32,000 nucleotides of DNA from an uncultured Acidobacteriaceae bacterium (GCA_963726095.1 CAVSBD010000004.1:144681-176680), one strand, 5' to 3'. Positions 18,488-25,208 are shown, counted from the stretch's first letter. Numbers and translations: made by a program. The notes: generated by a model from the letters alone, not told the origin.

Positions 18488-18590
18488 GGACTCGGCGGAG
18501 CGCAAGTGCCTATACCTTCCAATCAATCGGGCCGTGGACAACGCTAAAATACTTCTCCAGAAATGTAGCATCAGGGAAACGGAGGTTGGA

Positions 18591-18857
18591 ATGAGAAGCG
18601 CGTTAGAGATACGGAAGGAACACAAAGCTATTACCGTCAAGCTAGCTGAGCTAGAGGACGAAGGCGACAAAGCCGGATGTCAAGGACCGTTACCGAATAA
18701 GCGAGAACTCTACCTGCGTCTCTATAGCATCCAGCAAACGTTGGAATGGGTTCACCCGTATCTGGTCAAGGCTCCGAAAGGCGTGAGCCATCACCAGATG
18801 TTGATCGGTCACAAGTTCTCCGTTTTCGGTCCGCTGCTCGCCACGTTGTATCCGTAG
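18591..18857 (+). CDS. Hypothetical protein (88 aa), or the C-terminal part of a frameshifted longer gene
   Basis: GGAGG lies 6 nt upstream of the ATG at 18591, inside the 189-codon track ORF 18288..18857. I recognise no family. Confidence 0.35.
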   Translation: MRSALEIRKEHKAITVKLAELEDEGDKAGCQGPLPNKRELYLRLYSIQQTLEWVHPYLVKAPKGVSHHQMLIGHKFSVFGPLLATLYP

Positions 18858-18871
18858 GTCAACGATTGTTG

Positions 18872-19075
18872 TTACAGTTTCTTGCGACAGTAGTTAATTG
18901 TGTAGAACACAAGACAGACTAGAATCGAAATGCTCATCGCGATGGCGACTATGAACGACAACCACCAAAGCTGATGGAAGCCGTACCGCTCAGACAGCCC
19001 GACACCCGCGTAAGAGACTACCAGCCCCCACAAATTTTGGTTGAGCTTGACGTAGACTTTGTCGTCAATTGACAT
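18872..19075 (-). CDS. Small membrane protein with two predicted TM helices, hypothetical
   Basis: Hydrophobic stretches LWGLVVSYAGVGL and LWWLSFIVAIAMSISILVCLVFYTI. Its ATG overlaps the upstream gene's stop in a TAATG junction (19073-19077). Confidence 0.55.
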   Translation of the reverse strand: MSIDDKVYVKLNQNLWGLVVSYAGVGLSERYGFHQLWWLSFIVAIAMSISILVCLVFYTINYCRKKL

Positions 19076-19275
19076 TACTTGCTGACCCGGCGATTCAGCG
19101 ATTTTATAAAATCTACAACCTCATCCAGATTAGCGGAATAATACTTGTGCGCTCCTTTCTCGGCCCATAAGATGGTAGACGGTTTCAGACGCAGATCGCC
19201 CTTCTTCTTTCCACCCTCGGTGATCTCGTAGTCATAGGAATTGGGTGTTGTAATCTCGTAAATCGAAGCTGGCAT
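19075..19275 (-). CDS. Small Lys-rich soluble hypothetical protein (66 aa)
   Basis: Strong SD AAAGGAG 7 nt upstream of the ATG. Translationally coupled to the downstream membrane ORF. I recognise no family. Confidence 0.6.
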   Translation of the reverse strand: MPASIYEITTPNSYDYEITEGGKKKGDLRLKPSTILWAEKGAHKYYSANLDEVVDFIKSLNRRVSK

Positions 19276-19461
19276 AGTATTCTCCTTTCAAGAAACGGTT
19301 GCCAAGTATACACAGCAAGCTGACGACTTACAACCTCGGCACTCTCGCGCCCGTCTCCCGTTCCCGCTAGATTGCGCGAGGTTCAAGCGCGTAAAATCCA
19401 ATCAGGGAGATTGGAATAAGAAGCTACAAGAACATTCATATACAATATAGAGGAGAGACAT

Positions 19462-19755
19462 ATGAGTGGTGCGAAAGAAATGATGGCGAAGGACGAAAAC
19501 AAGCGCTATAAGACGCATCAAATCGCGTTTAAAGCCGGTGTCTTGAAGCCCTGTGAATATCACGAAGACGAAGTGATCGTAAACGAGGACAAAGAACTAG
19601 TCGAAGCGTACAAGTTGGGTAACTCTCGATTTGAAAAGGATTCGCTCGATAAAGTCTTTGACGACCGGAAAGATATGACCGACTACATCAAAGAGGTCGT
19701 CGAGAACGCTAACACCCACTGCTACCCCTGTTCCAAAATGCGCAGCGATGACTGA
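19462..19755 (+). CDS. Hypothetical acidic protein (97 aa) with CxxH...HCxxC residues
   Basis: GAGGAG SD upstream of the ATG. Transcribed divergently from the 19275 operon. Possible metal ligands at PCEYH and THCYPC. Confidence 0.6.
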   Translation: MSGAKEMMAKDENKRYKTHQIAFKAGVLKPCEYHEDEVIVNEDKELVEAYKLGNSRFEKDSLDKVFDDRKDMTDYIKEVVENANTHCYPCSKMRSDD

Positions 19756-19783
19756 CTCGGAACTCGCGAGTGAGTAGGCACAC

Positions 19784-19803
19784 GTCGCCCGTCGGCGACT
19801 TTG
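19784..19803. terminator. Weak hairpin between convergent small genes
   Basis: GTCGCC-cgtc-GGCGAC followed by TTTGGG. The stem is short and the T-run is weak. Confidence 0.3.
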
Positions 19804-19824
19804 GGTCGCACGAACTGGTCCCTT

Positions 19825-20022
19825 TTAGGACCGCGCCGCGTAGACGAGCATTGCGCCGGACATAAGTACGAGCGCCGTAACCATCAGCAGCATGACAGGG
19901 TCAACCGTGAAGTTAACCTGAATCGGCGCTTCTGACTTAGCAGCGTCCGCCTTGGCAACCGCTTCATCCTTCTTCGGGCCACCATTCCAGCTAATATTCA
20001 ATTGTGGTATTGGAAACATCAT
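19825..20022 (-). CDS. Small hypothetical protein with a C-terminal TM anchor (65 aa)
   Basis: C-terminal hydrophobic VMLLMVTALVLMSGAMLVYAA. No SD seen, so coding status is uncertain. Confidence 0.35.
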   Translation of the reverse strand: MMFPIPQLNISWNGGPKKDEAVAKADAAKSEAPIQVNFTVDPVMLLMVTALVLMSGAMLVYAARS

Positions 20023-20112
20023 AGATAGGCATTTTAGCAGCCCAGAAGCCGCTCTGGAAGCGGCTTGTAAGGTAGAGTCTTAGCTGCGGGTCGCCCAGGC
20101 AATTGAGGGTGC

Positions 20113-20146
20113 CCCACTCAATTCGCGTACTTTGCGCATGAGTGGG
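20113..20146. repeat. REP-like hairpin (CCCACTCA-N18-TGAGTGGG) containing the CTTTGCGCA core
   Basis: Perfect 8-bp arms, read directly. Confidence 0.65.
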
Positions 20147-20218
20147 TCTCGTCTCCATCGGGATGTGTCCGGATCACTGTAATGGCTCCATCCTCTTAGC
20201 GCTACTCTTAGCGGATGA

Positions 20219-20330
20219 CGGCGGCGGTGCATTGGGAGGGAAACACGGGGTCCCTTCGGCTTCGCTCAGGGCAGGCTCTTCGATTCTGCGCTGCTTCGCT
20301 TCGCTCACAGCGCTCGGCTCAGGATAACAG
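20219..20330 (+). repeat. 112-nt dispersed repeat, copy A
   Basis: Manual gap-free alignment to 20678-20789 gives 101/112 identical positions. It translates to ...PFGFAQGRL...-type spurious peptides. Confidence 0.9.
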
Positions 20331-20566
20331 GGTTGGGAAGTTCGGCCTGCCTGCGGGGCGGGAGGCGCCTGGCTCTATTTATCACAAAACACTGTGAGCG
20401 CCATCACAGACGTCTCGCTTCCGCCTGTGTAAAACTGAGCACCTGATAGGAGCGGCCAGACCGATGAAATCTCCTAAGTCCTTATTCCGGAATACTTTAA
20501 TATAAGTCCTTTCGATTCAAAGACCGAGTCAAAAAAATCCCGCTAACTCCATGATTCCACTAGCAA

Positions 20567-20585
20567 GGGGGAGGGGGGGTAGGGG
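20567..20585 (+). repeat. G-rich tract GGGGGAGGGGGGGTAGGGG (G-quadruplex-capable)
   Basis: Read directly. Opposite-strand counterpart of the C24 run at the other end of the low-GC segment. Confidence 0.9.
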
Positions 20586-20677
20586 TACTAACCAGTAAAC
20601 ATTTACCCCGAAACGCCGGTTTCGTCCATTTTTCGCCGACGAAAGAACGACAGAAAAATCATCGGGAGAACGCCTTG

Positions 20678-20789
20678 CGGCGGCGGTGCATTGGGAGGGG
20701 AACACGGGGTCCCTTCGGCTTCGCTCAGGGCAGGCTCCTCGACTGCGCGCTGCTTCGCTTCGCTCTCAGCGCTGCGCTCGGGAAGACAG
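20678..20789 (+). repeat. 112-nt dispersed repeat, copy B
   Basis: See copy A. Same orientation, 459 nt downstream. Confidence 0.9.
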
Positions 20790-20835
20790 AGTTTGATTGG
20801 GAGGGGAGAGCCCTCGGGAACGGCGGTTGTGGTGT

Positions 20836-20867
20836 CCCACCTTTGCGCAACGAACGCGCAAAAGGGG
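20836..20867. repeat. REP-like hairpin (CCCACCTTTGCGC-N7-GCGCAAAAGGGG)
   Basis: Imperfect 12-nt arms (10/12). Same core as the elements at 16899 and 20113. Confidence 0.65.
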
Positions 20868-20898
20868 CACCCGCGTGAGTTCACTCTCCTGAATTCAT

Positions 20899-21540
20899 CT
20901 ATTTCTCTTTCTCCGGCGTCTTGATGTCCAGACTTCTCCACAGATACCAGCAGGCGATCGAGCGATAGGGAGCCCAGGGTTTTGCGATCTTCTCCATTAC
21001 TGCGGGCTTGGGCCACTTACGTTTCTTGTAATGCTTCTTGATGGCGGCCTGCACGCCGTAGTCGCCGGTGGGCAGGATATCCGGACGGCGGAGGGTGAAC
21101 ATCAGGAACATGTGGGCGGTCCAGACGCCGACGCCTTTTACCTGGGTCAGGTGTGCGATGACTTCTTCTTCCGTCATTTCCGGCATGCGCTCGAATTCCA
21201 GCAGGCCGGCGGCGGTCTTCTCGGAAAGGTCGCGGAGATAGGCGGTTTTCTGGCGGGAGAGGCCGACTGCTCGCATTTCGGCGTCGGTCAGTTTGAGGAT
21301 GCCTTGCGGCGTCAGCGGATCTCCGGCAGCGGCGGTGAAGCGATCGAAGATGGTCGCGGCGGCTTTGCCGTTCAACTGCTGATAGAGGATCGACTCGGCC
21401 AGCGCGTGGAACGTAGGCTCGCCGAACTGCAAGCGGCACGGGCCGACGAGCTCGATGATCGCGGCCAGCACGGGATCAGATTTCTTGAGATGCCGAGTGG
21501 CTGATGCGTGGTTCGTCTTGTGGATCCTCGCCTTGTGCAT
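20899..21540 (-). CDS. DNA-3-methyladenine glycosylase II family protein (AlkA/Mag-like, HhH-GPD)
   Basis: Helix-hairpin-helix LTQVKGVGVWTAHMFLMF, followed by the catalytic Asp context ILPTGDYGV. ATG with AGGAG upstream. Confidence 0.85.
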   Translation of the reverse strand: MHKARIHKTNHASATRHLKKSDPVLAAIIELVGPCRLQFGEPTFHALAESILYQQLNGKAAATIFDRFTAAAGDPLTPQGILKLTDAEMRAVGLSRQKTAYLRDLSEKTAAGLLEFERMPEMTEEEVIAHLTQVKGVGVWTAHMFLMFTLRRPDILPTGDYGVQAAIKKHYKKRKWPKPAVMEKIAKPWAPYRSIACWYLWRSLDIKTPEKEK

Positions 21541-21555
21541 CGTCGGCTACTCCTG

Positions 21556-21583
21556 GTCGTTAGTCGTTAGTCGCTAGTCGCTG
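21556..21583. repeat. Heptamer tandem repeat x4 (GTCGTTA GTCGTTA GTCGCTA GTCGCTG)
   Basis: Read directly. It sits immediately upstream of the SD of the glycosylase gene. On the coding (minus) strand it reads CAGCGAC TAGCGAC TAACGAC TAACGAC. Confidence 0.9.
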
Positions 21584-21656
21584 CTGGCGGGGAAAATGTT
21601 AGCACACGGGCGAACAGATGGCGAATTTACCACCAGGCCAGGTTCGAGCAAAAGGA

Positions 21657-21682
21657 GGTCCTTCGCTTTGCTCAGGATGACC
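21657..21682 (+). repeat. Partial third copy of the 112-nt repeat family (GGTCCTTCGCTTTGCTCAGGATGACC)
   Basis: Resembles the GGTCCCTTCGGCTTCGCTCAGGGCAGGC core of copies A and B. It lies in a 7-bp-stem hairpin GAGCAAA...TTTGCTC (21645-21672). Confidence 0.55.
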
Positions 21683-21707
21683 AATTTTATTTTGTCACGA
21701 TTTTTTA

Positions 21708-22376
21708 TTACGAGGGGAAGTGGAAGTGGACATCGTGCCGCGAGGCTACAGGCGTTCCGTCGAGTGTGGCTGGCTGGTAGTGCCAGCGGCGAAGCGTAGC
21801 TTCGATTTTCTCGTCGATGCCGTGGCCGATCGCCTGCACGATTTTGGTTTCTACGACGTTGCCCTGCTTGTCGATCGTTACCTCGACGACTACGTCGCCG
21901 ACCAGGTCGCGCGGGAGTTCGGCGCGGTCGACGGGAGGATTCGGATAGACGACCGGATAAGCAACATGCACTTCGTGGCCGGTGATGGGTCCGTCGAGCA
22001 CGGTGCCTAGCGGAGATCCAGCCTGTGAGTTGTGGTCGGCGGCGTCTGCGTCGGCGACGATGTCCTCTGGCGGCTTTTGGACCTTGAGTTTGGGAGACAC
22101 TCGTGGCTTCGCTGGCCGACGAGGATAGATCAGCCTGGTGGCATCGGGAGGAGTGTCTGGCGTCAGGTCGTCCGGAGGAAAGTAGGTGAGCTTGTAGGTG
22201 TGGTCGCTGTTGCCGTGGGCGAGCCAGTCCGGGCGAATGTCGATCACCGGGCCGGTGTAGAACACGATTACGCCCAACAACGCCAAGTGCGCCGCGACCG
22301 ACGACGCGACCGTGCGATGACGCCGGAACGGCGGCTTGATCGACTGCAAAAACGTCGGCTGAAGATCGGTGAACAC
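21708..22376 (-). CDS. Energy transducer TonB family protein
   Basis: N-terminal anchor VAAHLALLGVIVFY, a Pro-rich spacer, and the C-terminal TonB domain GDVVVEVTIDKQGNVVETKIVQAIGHGIDEKIEATLRRWHYQPATLDG. GTG start. The overlapping 268-codon ORF 21574..22380 is an Arg-rich shadow frame. Confidence 0.85.
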   Translation of the reverse strand: MFTDLQPTFLQSIKPPFRRHRTVASSVAAHLALLGVIVFYTGPVIDIRPDWLAHGNSDHTYKLTYFPPDDLTPDTPPDATRLIYPRRPAKPRVSPKLKVQKPPEDIVADADAADHNSQAGSPLGTVLDGPITGHEVHVAYPVVYPNPPVDRAELPRDLVGDVVVEVTIDKQGNVVETKIVQAIGHGIDEKIEATLRRWHYQPATLDGTPVASRHDVHFHFPS

Positions 22377-22462
22377 GCACTTACTACCTTACTCGATTGA
22401 CGTGGCAAACGAGAAAAGGTTTCAGTGGCGGCGATTACGGGAGTCCCGAACTGTGCTCCGAA

Positions 22463-22903
22463 CTACGACCCGGCTTGCTGCGCAGCCATATCGCCGATCA
22501 CGGGCAGCTTGAAGGTTTGTCCCTGGTAGGCTTTGATCACCAGGATCAGCCAGATCACAAATCCGGCCAGGCTGACCAGCGGCCAGATCAATACCGTCGC
22601 CCATCCAAGAAACGGGATGTGAGCAACAAAAGACAGAGCTATCCAAAGCACGGTCCACGCAACCGCGAAAAACAGGCACTGGAAAGCATGGAAGCGAACA
22701 AAGCGCTTGCGGTTGTAGGGCTCGAGCACCAGGAACAGGATCGCCGGAATGATGGTCACGTACGCCAGCGCGCCGGCGACGTTGTCCGTGAGTCCCGCAG
22801 TCGCTGAAACACTCGCAGCACCGCCTGAAACAGCTCCACCGGCACACTTCGGACAGCTCGCTCCATCCGCGATCTGGGTTCCACAAGTTGGACAAAACGC
22901 CAC
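22463..22903 (-). CDS. Zinc-ribbon / DUF4870 membrane protein
   Basis: CPTCGTQIADGASCPKCAG zinc ribbon, then the DUF4870-type membrane core AGALAYVTIIPAILFLVLEPYNRKRFVRFHAFQ. GGAGG 5 nt upstream of the GTG at 22903 argues against the track start at 22990. Confidence 0.78.
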   Translation of the reverse strand: MAFCPTCGTQIADGASCPKCAGGAVSGGAASVSATAGLTDNVAGALAYVTIIPAILFLVLEPYNRKRFVRFHAFQCLFFAVAWTVLWIALSFVAHIPFLGWATVLIWPLVSLAGFVIWLILVIKAYQGQTFKLPVIGDMAAQQAGS

Positions 22904-23131
22904 AGGGGCCTCCTCTGAAAGATGACGAAGAACGATTGGCAAGGTATCAGAACAGTCGCTCGGTCGCAATGCCGCCGTGGTGGGTCTCATGTCATAAGAA
23001 ACTCTAATACACTTTGTATAAGTTATAATTTATATTTGAGTTCTCCCGTCTGCTATATTTTTGGGACTCCGCGAAGAGTCGGGGCGCAACGGCTGGACCT
23101 GCGACAAGAACGTAAGAACTGGTCAATCTCT
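22904..23131. promoter_or_regulatory. AT-rich divergent intergenic (promoter) region
   Basis: It lies between divergent starts at 22903 (-) and 23132 (+). It contains TATAAT and other A/T hexamers (around 23000-23050). I could not assign -35/-10 pairs confidently. Confidence 0.4.
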
Positions 23132-23881
23132 ATGGGCCGCATCACAGTACTGTTTCTCCGGCGATTGTGGCTGCCTACGTTGGTGTTCGGCGCGTTCTGC
23201 CTGCTCTGCGTTGCGGTGTACGTCAGGCTGGAAGGGGTGCGCGCAATCGACGCGTTCTTCTGGATTTTTCATCCGCATGCGATCGACTATCGATCGGTGC
23301 GGTCGGCGACCAAGCTGTTTTCGATTTTCGTATATGTCGGGGTGTTCGCTTTTCAGGTGTGGATCGCAGAGCGAGTACTGGTGACGATCTTTAACCGGCA
23401 GGGCCTGGAGGCATGGAAATCCATGATCAACGACGCCAACATCGCAAAACTCAAAGACCATTTCATCATCTGCGGGTATGGCCAGGTCGGCCGAACGGTG
23501 GTGGATCAGTTGACGCGGCTTGAGATTCCGTTCGTGCTGATCGAGACCAACGAAGGGCTGTGCCGCGAGCTGCTCAACAACAATGTTCTGGTGATCCAGG
23601 GCGATGCCAAGCGGCAGGACGTGCTGTTGCAGGCGGGCATCCAGCGGGCGCGTGGAATTTGCATTGTGATCGACAGTGACGCCGACAATCTCTACATCAC
23701 AGTCACAGCACGTTCCCTGAACGCCGACGCGAAGATCATTACGCGCGCGGGCCAGCAGCGCTATGCGAATGCGATTCGTACCTCGGGCGCCGACGAAGTG
23801 ATCATTCCGGAATACGAGGGCGGATTGATGACGGGACGAATGATTCAGAAGTACTATCCGGCGCAGGGGAGTCTGGTGTAG
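23132..23881 (+). CDS. MthK-like two-TM protein with a TrkA-N/RCK domain and a degenerate pore signature
   Basis: Rossmann HFIICGYGQVGRTVVDQL and an RCK core up to GADEVIIPEYEGG. Two N-terminal TM segments. The pore-helix-like AFFWIF is followed by HPHAIDY where K+ channels carry TVGYGD. I prefer the ATG at 23132 over the track start at 22922. Confidence 0.75.
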   Translation: MGRITVLFLRRLWLPTLVFGAFCLLCVAVYVRLEGVRAIDAFFWIFHPHAIDYRSVRSATKLFSIFVYVGVFAFQVWIAERVLVTIFNRQGLEAWKSMINDANIAKLKDHFIICGYGQVGRTVVDQLTRLEIPFVLIETNEGLCRELLNNNVLVIQGDAKRQDVLLQAGIQRARGICIVIDSDADNLYITVTARSLNADAKIITRAGQQRYANAIRTSGADEVIIPEYEGGLMTGRMIQKYYPAQGSLV

Positions 23882-24108
23882 GCGGGCAAGGTGTAGCAGC
23901 GAAGTTGGCCGCAACAAACTGTTTAAGCGGCGATGGTGTCGTCGTTGTCTTCTTCCAGCAAACGGCTTCCGTGTCCGACCGTCCGCAAGAGTCCCCCTCT
24001 CAACAGCGACCCTTACAAATGCGGTCGGACACATCGCCGCGCTCTGCGCCACGAACGGAGATCAAATCTGCGCAGAGCAAACTTTATGAACCGGTTCGTG
24101 TCACCACA

Positions 24109-24408
24109 CTACGAACCGTCGGACACGAAATCCTGACTCTCGATCATCCTTAGAACCGTGGAAATCGCGTACCGCGCCTCAACTGGATCCGCAAAACCGC
24201 AGCCCAGAATCGCATTCGCTACCATTTCACTTAGCTCATCCCGCGGAAGGTCTTCCAATCCAGCAACCGATTCATCCAGTTCGTGCAAAACGAGGAGCAA
24301 CTGGGCTACTCTTTTGTCGGCGATATAAATGGTCTGGCTATTCGAGTGCGTGGGATCGGTCCACGAGTTCTCAGTTACGCCGGGGAAAGCTTTGCGTAAT
24401 TCGTCCAT
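24109..24408 (-). CDS. Hypothetical acidic protein (99 aa)
   Basis: The ATG at 24408 has GAGG 5 nt upstream (the track start at 24435 is also an ATG). I recognise no family. Confidence 0.45.
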   Translation of the reverse strand: MDELRKAFPGVTENSWTDPTHSNSQTIYIADKRVAQLLLVLHELDESVAGLEDLPRDELSEMVANAILGCGFADPVEARYAISTVLRMIESQDFVSDGS

Positions 24409-24612
24409 CAGTACCTCTCTATCTGGCGATCGCATTCGGGGATCGATCGCAACTGCTTAGGGTTTCCCGAGTGGCCCACGGTAATGAGCCGGTCATTATT
24501 CCTATTCCTACGGAGAGTCCGCGGCGGCAGGGCGACTTGGCCAGGAAATTTTTCCTAGCACGAAATCAAATGCCCAGAGGGCGGCTAACCAGTTAGGCGG
24601 GAGCGCGGAGCT

Positions 24613-24921
24613 TCAGATTAGAAAAGTGCAGAGCAGATCTTGCGAGGAGTGCTGATTGGGCCGCACCGGCGTGCGGGCCGACTTCCGCTCATGGCTCTGA
24701 GCGCCGACATCGTGAGTGGCTTCCCAGACTTGCCTGGGTAAAATTGTGATGGCGATCGCTGGTCGAACGAACTTCACGCCGGCGACCACCGGGGGCGCCT
24801 GATTTACGGGAGTATCAACTTCGTTGTAGGACGTCTCAGGGAGGTCAGACTGTGGAATCGCGGAGACGCATGTGATGGCGCCCAGCAAGAGCAGAATAAG
24901 CGGCCAAAATGCGCGTCTCAC
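24613..24921 (-). CDS. Hypothetical secreted protein (about 102 aa)
   Basis: The GTG at 24921 gives a classical signal peptide MRRAFWPLILLLLGAITCVSA. The track start at 24969 is TTG. I recognise no family. Confidence 0.4.
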   Translation of the reverse strand: MRRAFWPLILLLLGAITCVSAIPQSDLPETSYNEVDTPVNQAPPVVAGVKFVRPAIAITILPRQVWEATHDVGAQSHERKSARTPVRPNQHSSQDLLCTFLI

Positions 24922-25115
24922 CGAAAACCCCCGTAAAATAACGATAGCGGCGCATATCGCTGTTGTCAAAGAATTACGGCTGGACGGTATGGCCCGTTCG
25001 AGCTATTACCAGTCCGTTACTACTCACTACGATAGTACTCACGACCCGCGCGGCGGAACCCGCAAACGCCTTTAGTTTTGATCTGCTTTGCTCCGGAGTG
25101 CGTCTACCCACTATC

Positions 25116-25143
25116 ATTTGAGGTCACCGATTGAGGGTCACCA
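25116..25143 (+). repeat. Tandem 14-nt units ATTTGAGGTCACCG / ATTGAGGGTCACCA
   Basis: Read directly. Enclosed by the inverted repeat TTGCTCCGGA (25088-25097) / TCCGGAGCAA (25145-25154). It ends 65 nt upstream of the ATG at 25209. Confidence 0.8.
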
Positions 25144-25208
25144 TTCCGGAGCAAGCGGAGAGGCGATTACTTGGACCGTATGTTCTTCGCGAAAGGCTTC
25201 CAGATTTA

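Noticed and set aside
20219-20789. The two 112-nt repeats as a DGR template/variable-repeat pair, or as a mini CRISPR array.
   Set aside because: The 11 mismatches are not adenine-specific (a/g, t/c, c/g, g/c, a/t and t/a all occur). No reverse transcriptase or cas genes are in the window. There are only two full copies, about 110 nt long and 459 nt apart, and neither lies in a credible target gene.
15960-20900. tRNA gene, integrase, transposase or terminal direct repeats as island landmarks.
   Set aside because: I scanned both borders by eye. I found no T-arm/acceptor-type sequence, no recombinase-like ORF, and no convincing direct-repeat att sites. Only the G-run elements are reported above.
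22922-23131. 70-codon N-terminal extension of the RCK protein. Similar alternative-start extensions occur at 5193, 6778, 7927, 9222, 22990, 25131, 29149 and 30362.
   Set aside because: Most of the extensions start at TTG or GTG. They run through AT-rich or intergenic-looking DNA or overlap a divergent gene. Internal starts (ATGs, or SD-backed GTGs) give N-termini that match the expected family or signal-peptide layout.
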